A stretch of 61,394 nucleotides of DNA, taken from the IMG/VR virus record IMGVR_UViG_3300036823_000136, positions 1 through 61,394 of that record, one strand, 5' to 3'. Below the pieces are notes generated by a model. It was not told the DNA's origin. It searched no databases and saw nothing but the letters and a program-made list of their open reading frames with translations. Both the position numbers and the translations under genes were made by a program. How positions within the stretch are numbered: the first letter of the stretch is position 1; each line of letters starts with the position of its first letter. Source of the DNA: a virus. Taxonomy: Duplodnaviria; Caudoviricetes. Below are positions 9,101 to 16,531 of this stretch, in pieces.

Positions 9101-9606
9101 CAGAGTTCCCCGTCCATCGTGATCTCTTCGAGGCGTAGGCCGACGCCGGGCCACACGACCGGCGCGCCCACGCCGTACACCTGCAACGACTGGAGCGTCC
9201 ACGTGCCGCCGATGGTGAACAGTCGCTCGGGCCGGTCGTGGCCGCCCTTGATCTCGCCGCCGACCACCGCGACGCCGCACCCGATAAGCGGGATCTCCGG
9301 AGGGTTCGGGCCCATCCTTTTCGGCAGCAACGAGTCCTCGTAATCCGGGAACATCCGGAACAGCTCGCTGAGATCGAGCTGACCGCGACCGTGCAGCTCC
9401 GCGCCGTAGACCTCCTGGAGCACGGTGACGCCCTCGACGCGCCCGACGATTTCGTTGGCGCCGTCGCTGCGCAGGTCGACGGCGATCACCGGAACCGGCA
9501 TGGCCGGGAAGTGCCGGGGGTCGTCGTCGAACTCCAGGACCCGGCCGTCCTGGGTGGCCACGTTCAGCCGGGCAATGACGCCGCTGAAGCTGGCTGTGCT
9601 GGTCAC
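9100..9606 (-). CDS. Stand-alone protein resembling the first domain of the maturation protease
   Basis: ATQDGRVL..PVPV..EIVGRV..LHGRGQLD mirrors ETADGRYL..PLSV..EVVGKI..WQGRGEVD. Confidence 0.6.
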   Translation of the reverse strand: MTSTASFSGVIARLNVATQDGRVLEFDDDPRHFPAMPVPVIAVDLRSDGANEIVGRVEGVTVLQEVYGAELHGRGQLDLSELFRMFPDYEDSLLPKRMGPNPPEIPLIGCGVAVVGGEIKGGHDRPERLFTIGGTWTLQSLQVYGVGAPVVWPGVGLRLEEITMDGEL

Positions 9607-9926
9607 TGGCCGCCCTCCCGCCGGTTCAGGCGAACTCGGCGGAAGGCCTCGTTCACGGCGCTGACGGCCTGCTCCAGTGACAGCGGCAGCGAGGGCAATG
9701 GCGTGGCCTCCCACTCGGTGATCGGCATCCCGCCGTCGGTCAGGTGTTCGACATCCGCGGGCTCCGTCTTGGGCTTCACCTCGGGGTCGTTCAACGGCAA
9801 GATCTGCGCGTCCACGCGGTCCAAGGTGTCGATGAAGCGCTGAGCCGCGCCGGTGGTGAAGAACGGGCCGTACGCGCTCTGGCCGCCCTTGCCTCCGTAA
9901 CTCACGGCCACCACGTAGCGGATCAC
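9603..9926 (-). CDS. Hypothetical protein
   Basis: Coupled ORF with phage-like codon usage. Confidence 0.6.
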   Translation of the reverse strand: MIRYVVAVSYGGKGGQSAYGPFFTTGAAQRFIDTLDRVDAQILPLNDPEVKPKTEPADVEHLTDGGMPITEWEATPLPSLPLSLEQAVSAVNEAFRRVRLNRREGGQ

Positions 9927-10291
9927 CGGGATGGCCAGGGCGACGTGTCGCGGGCCCAGTTCGGCACCCAGCGCTTGAGCTGGACTCCGCACCCGCACCC
10001 GCCGGACGGAGTGATGATCATCAGCCCGTCCGCGGTGAAGATGTCCTGGCCGACGGCGCGCGCGTGCGGGTTCGGCGGCGTCGTCTGCTCGAAGTCGATG
10101 GCGCTGCTCCAGTGCGGCGCGTCTCCCGAACTGGGCTTCGTCCAGAAGACGTGCATGCCCGTGTCGGTCAGGTAGACCCGGCACAAGCCGCGGGACTTCC
10201 CGGCGGCCGGGTCGTAGACGGTGGCCGGCCAGTACTCGACGTAGACGGTGGACGGCGTGGTGAACGGCTCAGCGGCCGTAGTCTCCGGCAT
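9923..10291 (-). CDS. Hypothetical protein (probably leaderless)
   Basis: ATG 6 nt after TAGACT -10 box; C-terminal GCGCG. Confidence 0.7.
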   Translation of the reverse strand: MPETTAAEPFTTPSTVYVEYWPATVYDPAAGKSRGLCRVYLTDTGMHVFWTKPSSGDAPHWSSAIDFEQTTPPNPHARAVGQDIFTADGLMIITPSGGCGCGVQLKRWVPNWARDTSPWPSR

Positions 10292-10309
10292 GCCGCGAGT
10301 CTAATCCTT

Positions 10310-10326
10310 CCCCCCAAGACGGGGTA
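10310..10326 (-). promoter_or_regulatory. C6-N5-G6 operator 1, upstream of -10 box
   Basis: CCCCCCAAGACGGGGTA. Confidence 0.65.
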
Positions 10327-10337
10327 GAGACGACACC

Positions 10338-10376
10338 AAAAAGCCCCGCCCAATCTCGGAGAGATCGACCGGGGCT
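10338..10376 (-). terminator. Intrinsic terminator
   Basis: AGCCCCG..CGGGGCT stem followed by T5 on - strand. Confidence 0.7.
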
Positions 10377-10473
10377 GCTTGGGTCAGCGGTACTGGGGGC
10401 CGTGTTCGCCCGGTTCGGTGTCCAGGTATCCCTGGTCCTAAGCCTGGCTACTGGGGCCCTTGTTCCCGCCAGC
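10338..10473 (-). ncRNA. Candidate small RNA with two internal 17-nt repeats
   Basis: TTGCCC-N18-TAACCT promoter, no credible ORF, intrinsic terminator at 10338-10376. Confidence 0.5.
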
Positions 10474-10489
10474 CAAGCCAGGTTAGCAC

Positions 10490-10506
10490 GCCCCCAGAAT
10501 GGGGGG
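10490..10506 (-). promoter_or_regulatory. Operator 2 in sRNA promoter
   Basis: GCCCCCAGAATGGGGGG. Confidence 0.7.
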
Positions 10507-10564
10507 CAACATGGACGATCCCCCGTCGTGCTGTGGACACGGCCGGGGGATCGCGGCGAAGAGC

Positions 10565-10747
10565 TTACCGAAGGAGCTTGCGAAGGCGGTCGCGAGCCCT
10601 CGCCACCCTGTCCACCCACTGATCCAGCTCGACTTCACCGGCAACCATCCAGATCTGGCGGCCGTCGTCGTCCTCCAGCTCGTCGAGCAGATCGAGCAGC
10701 GCCAGCGTGGCGGGGGTGACCTCGTCGGGCTTCTCTTCGCTGGCCAC
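10565..10747 (-). CDS. Hypothetical protein
   Basis: 60-aa ORF ending an operon, followed by a hairpin near 10518-10552. Confidence 0.6.
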   Translation of the reverse strand: MASEEKPDEVTPATLALLDLLDELEDDDGRQIWMVAGEVELDQWVDRVARARDRLRKLLR

Positions 10748-11194
10748 TCAGACCACCGCCTTCTTGACGTAGGACCGCGGGTAGAGCACCTCGTGGCCGC
10801 CGACGTTCACGCGCACCGTGTTCGACGGCGCGACCACGGTGCCGCGTACGCCGCCGATGACGATCACCTCTTCGCCGACCTCGAAGTCCTCACCAGGCTG
10901 GTCGCCCCGGGGAAGCAGCTTCCGGGGAAGCGAGTGGTGGCGCACCAGCTCGATGAACGCCATGATGGCGTCCGCGCGCTCCCACGCCAGGTCGTTCTGC
11001 GCGGAGTCGCCAGCGGAGCCCACGTCTTTCACGGCCCCGCACGCTTCGACCAGCATCTCCTGGAATTCCGTGGACCTGATCCCCGCGTCGGGCAGTCGGG
11101 TTGACCGGACGGCGGCGGTCGCCTCGTTCAGCGACTTGGCCAGTGCGGCGGCGAGATCGGCGGCGGCGCGCTCGATCCCGCTGGGCGTGCTCAC
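10748..11194 (-). CDS. Hypothetical protein with possible C-terminal SH3/KOW-like segment
   Basis: FEVGEEVIVIGGVRGTVV..VRV; coupled start. Confidence 0.6.
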   Translation of the reverse strand: MSTPSGIERAAADLAAALAKSLNEATAAVRSTRLPDAGIRSTEFQEMLVEACGAVKDVGSAGDSAQNDLAWERADAIMAFIELVRHHSLPRKLLPRGDQPGEDFEVGEEVIVIGGVRGTVVAPSNTVRVNVGGHEVLYPRSYVKKAVV

Positions 11195-11598
11195 GCGTCC
11201 TTCTCGACGTAGAAGGCTTCGACGAGGTACCGCGCGACGGAGACCCAGTTTGAGCCCGCGAGCGGCTCGCCGTTGAAGTGGTCCGACAGCCAGTAGTCCA
11301 GCTCCTCGACGGTGACGGCCCGGCGCACGCCGTCCGGCACCGGCACAAGCTCGCGCGGCGCCGGCCGGTCCTTGGACCACACCACCGGCTTCGCCTGGTC
11401 GTCGGCAACCCACTGCTTGTCGCCGTTCGGTCCGGTCGCGACTTGCCAGACCATCCCGCACGGGCGCTTGCCGCTGCCCAGCGGTGACCGGCACTCCCAG
11501 CGCGCCCCGACCTTCACGCCCCAGCTGAGCCACGGCAGCTTGCACATGTGCTCCTGGGCACCGGGCGGCAGCCACTTGCCCTTCATACGGTCGGCCAT
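11191..11598 (-). CDS. Hypothetical protein
   Basis: Coupled ORF, Cys/His/Trp rich. Confidence 0.65.
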   Translation of the reverse strand: MADRMKGKWLPPGAQEHMCKLPWLSWGVKVGARWECRSPLGSGKRPCGMVWQVATGPNGDKQWVADDQAKPVVWSKDRPAPRELVPVPDGVRRAVTVEELDYWLSDHFNGEPLAGSNWVSVARYLVEAFYVEKDA

Positions 11599-11831
11599 CA
11601 GGCGCCCTTTCCGTGGTCCGCGGGGTTAGCCAGCGGGTTGCAGATGCAGTGGGGGTCCTTGCACAGGCAGTAGTCGTTCAGCTCCTCGTCGTCCAGGTTC
11701 ATCACCGGCGCGTCCTCTGCGGCGTGGCCGCACTTCTCGCACCGGCCCCAGTCGACCGTCTTCCGGTCGATCACGCGCATTGCGTCGTCGAACTTCTGCC
11801 GGGCGGCCTTGAAGGCTCCGAACATGATCAT
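11598..11831 (-). CDS. Small Cys-rich protein
   Basis: CEKCGH and CLCKDPHCIC. Confidence 0.6.
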   Translation of the reverse strand: MIMFGAFKAARQKFDDAMRVIDRKTVDWGRCEKCGHAAEDAPVMNLDDEELNDYCLCKDPHCICNPLANPADHGKGA

Positions 11832-12205
11832 CCTTTCCGGGTTTTCGGGTCAGCCGGCGGGCGCTCCGGACCGTGGAGCGGCTCCTGCCTCAGCCAGCGG
11901 AGATTGCGCTCCATCAGGCCACCCCACACGCCGTAGTGCGAGGCGTCCGGGTGGTTGATGGCGTACTCCAGGCAGCGCACGCGCACTGGGCAGCGGAAAC
12001 ACAGGGCTCGCGCCTTCCGATCGGCGTTGCTGACCTTGGCGCCCTCGGCGACGAAGTAGAACTCCGGGCCGACCTCGGCGCACAGCGCGCCGGGAAATCC
12101 GAACCCGCGGTCCACGTCCAGCCTGCGGGCGAGGACGGCGACCGCCCGGGAGTTCAGCGCGGGGTACGACGAGCTGGCGCCGCCGTTGCGGCCTGGACGG
12201 ATCAT
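11828..12205 (-). CDS. whiB: WhiB-family transcriptional regulator
   Basis: Four Cys (LC..CFRCPVRVRC) and GVWGG turn. Confidence 0.9.
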   Translation of the reverse strand: MIRPGRNGGASSSYPALNSRAVAVLARRLDVDRGFGFPGALCAEVGPEFYFVAEGAKVSNADRKARALCFRCPVRVRCLEYAINHPDASHYGVWGGLMERNLRWLRQEPLHGPERPPADPKTRKG

Positions 12206-12606
12206 TGCAATCCACTCCTGGGGTAGGGCACGGGCAGGACTCGGCGGGCAGGGCCGTTCATGGCTTCGATGTCGGTGATGGGCTGGGAGTCGACGTACAC
12301 GCCGTACAGCTCGCGCGCGGCGGCGTACGCGGCGTCCAGGATCGAGCCGGGCTCTTCGGGCATCAGCTCGAACTCGAAGACGTGGCCGCCCAGGTGGGCT
12401 TCGTACAGCTCGATGTCCTGGGGCGCGGTGTAGCGCCGGGGTGCCGGGGTCTGCACTCGCGGCACCAGGTTGGTGCCGTCGGTGTCGTACGACTGGGCGG
12501 CGCTGGGCTTCTTGCCGGGCTTGGCCCAGGTGCCGGAGTAGGCGAGGGCAATCGTGGACACCCACGAGCGGACTCGGGTGCGCCAGGTCATGCGGTGCTT
12601 AGCCAC
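12202..12606 (-). CDS. Hypothetical protein
   Basis: GTG after GAAGGAG. Confidence 0.65.
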   Translation of the reverse strand: MAKHRMTWRTRVRSWVSTIALAYSGTWAKPGKKPSAAQSYDTDGTNLVPRVQTPAPRRYTAPQDIELYEAHLGGHVFEFELMPEEPGSILDAAYAAARELYGVYVDSQPITDIEAMNGPARRVLPVPYPRSGLQ

Positions 12607-12886
12607 GACGGTGCTCCTTCGGGTCCGGGGTCGACTCGAACGGAGCGAAGAACGCTGCCGCGAGCCGGTGGCGCTCTTCCAGCTCGGCGCGAGCGCTGGC
12701 GTGAGCTGCCTCGACGAGGCGTTGCCGCGAGCGCTGGCGCATGTGCTCTTGGAGCGCGAGCGCGGTTTCGACCTGGAGGCGATCGCGGCGAGATGGCCGC
12801 CAGAGGGCCAGCCCCAGGGCCAGGCCGACGAGCGCGGAGAAGGCAACCATGACGATCAGGTCGGCCAGGCTCAGGTTGATGATCAT
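12599..12886 (-). CDS. Membrane protein
   Basis: N-terminal TM; SD GAGG; downstream of operator 3. Confidence 0.65.
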   Translation of the reverse strand: MIINLSLADLIVMVAFSALVGLALGLALWRPSRRDRLQVETALALQEHMRQRSRQRLVEAAHASARAELEERHRLAAAFFAPFESTPDPKEHRRG

Positions 12887-12924
12887 TTCGGTGTCCTCTG
12901 TCGGGAGTCTTGTCGAGGATCTTA

Positions 12925-12941
12925 CCCCCCGAAATGGGGGT
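12925..12941 (-). promoter_or_regulatory. Operator 3 abutting TAAGAT -10 box
   Basis: CCCCCCGAAATGGGGGT. Confidence 0.75.
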
Positions 12942-13072
12942 ACGAAAGGTGAAGCCCGGGGCGGAAGAGAAGACGCCCCGGGATCCAGGTCAGCGGTGAG
13001 GACAGTTCGGGCCGTGGCCCTCGTTCGGGAACCGGCCGCAGGTCCCGCATTGCTGCGGGTGCTTCGCCCTGC

Positions 13073-13687
13073 TCACTTGCACGCCGCCGTCTGGTGCGCG
13101 CCGTACGTGGCCTGGACCTTGGTGAACTGGTCCCCGGCCTTGGACGACAGCTGGCCGATGAGCCCGGTGCACGAGAACGACGTGAAGTCGAGGTACTCCT
13201 GAGCCGACTTCGCCGCTTGCGCGTTCCAGTCCACGCCCAGGCTGTCCACGGCCTGGGTCGCCACGTCCTGCGGGTAGCCGTCGCCCGCCTTCGAGGACAG
13301 CTGTCCGACCAGGCCATCGTGAGAGAAGGCCTTGAACCCCAGGTAGGACTGCGCGGAGTCGCGCGCCTGCTGGACCTGGGGCGGGAACTCCGGCGCCTGG
13401 GTAACCGGCGCGGCGGTGGCGCTGTCGGCGGTCCCCGGGAGCTTGGCCCACTCGCATGTGTAGGGGTCCCAGGCCACCGAGCTGCCGTCGGCGGGCGGCG
13501 TCGGCGCGCCCTTGGGCTCCGGGCAGACGGAGGTGGGCGCGGTGGGCGCCGCCGGGCTCGCGGCCGGAGTGGCGCCGCCCGTCACGCTGATGACGATCCC
13601 GAGGACGACGAGGCCGCCGACAATCGCGCCGGTGATCTTCAGGCCACGGTGCTTCTTCTTGGGCTTCGGCTGGATGGGGTAGGACAT
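13073..13687 (-). CDS. ltp: Ltp-family surface protein (superinfection exclusion type)
   Basis: TM anchor, Pro/Ala linker, two repeats A..SA..YL....FS..GL..QL. Confidence 0.85.
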   Translation of the reverse strand: MSYPIQPKPKKKHRGLKITGAIVGGLVVLGIVISVTGGATPAASPAAPTAPTSVCPEPKGAPTPPADGSSVAWDPYTCEWAKLPGTADSATAAPVTQAPEFPPQVQQARDSAQSYLGFKAFSHDGLVGQLSSKAGDGYPQDVATQAVDSLGVDWNAQAAKSAQEYLDFTSFSCTGLIGQLSSKAGDQFTKVQATYGAHQTAACK

Positions 13688-13715
13688 GGCGCCTGCTTTC
13701 GCGGTAGGAGTGCTT

Positions 13716-13770
13716 GCGTGGACCCGGGAGGAGTTGAACCTCCGCTGGCCGATCCGGTATCGGCGGGCCC
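13716..13770 (-). ncRNA. Minimal tRNA-like element lacking a D-arm
   Basis: GGGCCCG/CGGGTCC acceptor stem, GGAGG-TTCAACT-CCTCC T-arm, one extra hairpin, ends ACGC rather than NCCA. Confidence 0.55.
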
Positions 13771-13776
13771 CCTGAG

Positions 13777-14178
13777 TCAGTGGCGGGCGGGGCGCTTCTC
13801 GCCCTTGAACTCGCGGATGATCTTGACGAGGAAACCGGCCTCGTCCTCCGGAACCAGCGCAAGCACGTCGGCCACGGCCTGCTTGGTGGCCTTGGCCACG
13901 GTCATCCCGTCGAGCATCAGCTCGCGGCGGCGCTCAGCCAGCGCGGCGGCGGCGCGGTCCATGAAGTCGTTCGCGGTGAACTGGCGGGCAGGCCAGGGGC
14001 GCCCGCTCCGGCCACAGTCGAGGCAGTCGATCTGCTCGTGGTCGAGAGCCACGTCCGCTCGGAGCATCGCCTTGCTGCCGGTGAACGCCACGTTGGCGCT
14101 CTTGCACGTGAGGCACGTCCAGTTGCGGATGTCCATCGGGTCGACCATCGATTCGATGCGGATCGTGCTGGTGTTCAT
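13777..14178 (-). CDS. Hypothetical protein with two CxxC motifs
   Basis: CLTC and CLDC; SD AGGAGGG. Confidence 0.7.
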   Translation of the reverse strand: MNTSTIRIESMVDPMDIRNWTCLTCKSANVAFTGSKAMLRADVALDHEQIDCLDCGRSGRPWPARQFTANDFMDRAAAALAERRRELMLDGMTVAKATKQAVADVLALVPEDEAGFLVKIIREFKGEKRPARH

Positions 14179-14223
14179 GGCGGGCCCTCCTGGGCTTCAG
14201 TGTTGGTGACTGGTTCAATCTAT

Positions 14224-14240
14224 CCCCCCATTATGGGGGG
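14224..14240 (-). promoter_or_regulatory. Operator 4 in SigA promoter TTGACA-N18-TAGATT
   Basis: CCCCCCATTATGGGGGG fills the spacer. Confidence 0.85.
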
Positions 14241-14288
14241 TGTCAAGCGATTGGGGCGGGGAGCTTTTCGAGCCCCCCGCCCGGGTTG

Positions 14289-14510
14289 TCAGAAGTCGCT
14301 CTCCTCCAGCTCCGCGACGCTCCACGTGTCGCCGTTGGGCGTGACCCGCCACATCCCCTTTTCCTGCTCGACGTGCTCGACATCGACCGGGGTCGTCTCG
14401 GTGATCAGCTTGTAGATCAAGTCCTTGAAGTCCTCCACCGTCAGCTTGTCCTCGAAGAAGGTGAAGAAGTCGAAGAGCTGGGCGACGTTGAAGTTCTGAG
14501 CTGAGAGCAT
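14289..14510 (-). CDS. Small acidic hypothetical protein
   Basis: SD GGAGG; own promoter and downstream hairpin. Confidence 0.7.
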   Translation of the reverse strand: MLSAQNFNVAQLFDFFTFFEDKLTVEDFKDLIYKLITETTPVDVEHVEQEKGMWRVTPNGDTWSVAELEESDF

Positions 14511-14547
14511 CCGGGGCCTCCGTGGTCTGTGTGTGAACACAGTCTAT

Positions 14548-14564
14548 CCCCCCATTATGGGGGG
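14548..14564 (-). promoter_or_regulatory. Operator 5 in promoter TTGTGT-N18-TAGACT
   Basis: CCCCCCATTATGGGGGG. Confidence 0.8.
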
Positions 14565-14627
14565 ACACAACCCCCTGGGGAGAGAAACTTGTCCGCCGGA
14601 AGGGGGCCAATCGTCGTTTCGGGCTGT

Positions 14628-14644
14628 ACCCCCAAGATGGGGGG
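14628..14644 (+). promoter_or_regulatory. Operator 6 directly upstream of the transfer operon
   Basis: ACCCCCAAGATGGGGGG. Confidence 0.75.
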
Positions 14645-14648
14645 TGAG

Positions 14649-14837
14649 ATGATGAGACGCATGAGACTTCGACTGCTCGTGGCCGGACTGGTCCTCGCGG
14701 GGATCGCCGGCACGCTGGCCGGCCAGTTGCCCCTCGTGGCCGCCGGCCTCATCGTCCTGTACGTCATCTCGATGTTCGTCCGGGACCACCTCCGCCGAAA
14801 GCGCGGCGGCTGGTCCGGCGGACGCGACCGGTACTGA
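14649..14837 (+). CDS. Small 2-TM membrane protein (Spd-like); exact start uncertain
   Basis: Hydrophobic hairpin with basic tail; first gene of the + strand operon. Confidence 0.65.
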   Translation: MMRRMRLRLLVAGLVLAGIAGTLAGQLPLVAAGLIVLYVISMFVRDHLRRKRGGWSGGRDRY

Positions 14838-16531
14838 AGGGATCGACATGAACCGCCTGCCTGCCCTCTCCGTCGCCCGGCTCCGCATCTTCGCCGGGCT
14901 CACCATCGCCGCCGCCGCCGCGATCAGCTTCGAGTCGATCCGGCACCTCGCCGTCATCGGCGGCTTCGGGACGCTGGCCATCCTCTTCCCGCTCACCCTC
15001 GACGCGGTCGCCGCGTACGGCATGGACCTGTGGGTCCGCCGGTCCCCCGCCGCGCGCCAGGCGAAGTGGCTCGCGCTGTCGGCCATCTTCGGGTCGCTCG
15101 TCGCGAACGTCGTGGACCACTGGCTCACCCAGCGCGCGGTCCTGGGCGCGGTCCTGGGCGCGGTCCCGCCGGGCATGCTGGCCGCGCTGCTCGCCGTCGC
15201 GCACAAGCACGCGAGCGGTACCGAGGACCAAGCGGTCCCGTTCGACCCGGCGGTCCGGGACGCGGTCTGGTCCGCGCTGCCGCAAGCGGACCGTCGCGTG
15301 GTCCCGCCGCCGGACCGCTACGTGGTACCGAGCGAAGTTCTCGCGCTCGCGGTACCAACCGTTGGACCGCTGGACGCAATGGCGGACTTCCGGTCCCACG
15401 AAGACAAGTTCTGGTCCAAGGTAGAAATGGGCGGTCCGGAGGAGTGTTGGCCGTTCGTCGGGTCCCGGACCCCTGAGGGGTACGGGAAGTTCACGATCGG
15501 GGACCGCACGTACCGGGCCCACCGCATCGCCTGGTCCATCGCTACTAACCAGGTGGTCTCGGGGGATCTGATGGTTCGCCATCTCAAGTGCGACAACCCG
15601 CCGTGCTGCAACCCCGCACACCTGGCTGAAGGCACCGCGGCTGATAACGCGGCCGATCGCGTCCAACGTCTCGCGAAGCTGGAGGTCGTCCAGTCGCTCG
15701 ACGCCAAAATCATGGAGCGGAGCACCCGCCGGACCAGCGCCGCGCGGACCCCCAATCCCGCGGTCCGGCGGACCACCTCCGCCACGGTCCACAGCGACAG
15801 CGACATCGTCACCTGGATCAAGGACCAGCCCAGCCCCACGAAGCGCGCCGTCATGGCGAAGTACTCGGTCGGCTCCGGCCGCGCGCTCCGTCTCATCTCG
15901 CAGGCCAAGGAGGTCTGATCATGGCCAAGCAGCCAGGCGGACTGAACATCGTCCGTGACGTTCTCTGGGTGAAGTTCGCCCTGTGGATCGGCGCCAAGCT
16001 CGGTCGAACCGGGCGGCGTCTCGTGTTCCGCTGGCGTCGCGTCCTCTCGCCGGTCATCTTCGCGACGCTCCTGTGGGCGGTCGCGGCCATCTGGAACTTG
16101 ACCTTCCCCGAGTGGTGCTGGCTCGCGCTCGTGATCCCGGCCGCCGGTGGGACCGTCGCGTGGTTCGGACCGGTGCTGTCGGAACGGTGGTCCCTCATCG
16201 TCACGAAGCTGGTCCCGACCGGACTGGACCGCGGACGGTCCGGGGTGCTGGACCGCCTGATCGAGCGGGCCTACTTCGCCGGTCTCAGTACCACCATCGG
16301 CGGGTACCTGTTCATCCGGTCCGGCTGGGGCGGATCGGACCTCACGCTGTGGTGGTGGCGCGTGGGACTGGTCCTGTTCGGCGGCGCGTGGTGGTACCAC
16401 CGCCGGGTCCGGATGGCTGGGCGCGGGGACCGCGTCGCGCGGCGCTGGGGCCGGATCAACGAGGGCCGGACCAACAGCCGGCTGGCGCCGCTGATCGGGT
16501 CCAAACCCGTCGAGGTTCACGGCCGCGGTCC
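14690..16531. repeat. Dense cluster of GGWCC (plus GGTACC) motifs overlaid on coding sequence
   Basis: About 46 GGACC/GGTCC by manual count, about 40 per kb in the cores versus about 7 in nt 1-1000. Confidence 0.75.
14848..15918 (+). CDS. SpdA/DUF2637-like membrane protein with in-frame HNH domain and C-terminal HTH-like domain
   Basis: SF..I.HLA, FPL.LD, S..ANV and AVPP TM motifs; FWSKV..CW..GYG..AHR..RH.CDNPPCCNPAHL..GT..DN; C-terminal PTKRAVMAKYSVGSGRALRL. Confidence 0.8.
   Translation: MNRLPALSVARLRIFAGLTIAAAAAISFESIRHLAVIGGFGTLAILFPLTLDAVAAYGMDLWVRRSPAARQAKWLALSAIFGSLVANVVDHWLTQRAVLGAVLGAVPPGMLAALLAVAHKHASGTEDQAVPFDPAVRDAVWSALPQADRRVVPPPDRYVVPSEVLALAVPTVGPLDAMADFRSHEDKFWSKVEMGGPEECWPFVGSRTPEGYGKFTIGDRTYRAHRIAWSIATNQVVSGDLMVRHLKCDNPPCCNPAHLAEGTAADNAADRVQRLAKLEVVQSLDAKIMERSTRRTSAARTPNPAVRRTTSATVHSDSDIVTWIKDQPSPTKRAVMAKYSVGSGRALRLISQAKEV

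Noticed and set aside
13716-13770. Canonical tRNA gene
   Set aside because: No D-arm, no 7-nt anticodon loop and no CCA; kept only as a tRNA-like element
15136-15166. 12-bp tandem repeat GCGGTCCTGGGC as a separate VNTR
   Set aside because: Encodes AVLG-AVLG-AVP in a TM helix and is part of the GGWCC array
15380-15680. Intein or group I intron explaining the HNH domain
   Set aside because: No Cys/Ser start with His-Asn end splice motifs, the frame is continuous, and there is no room for an intron core
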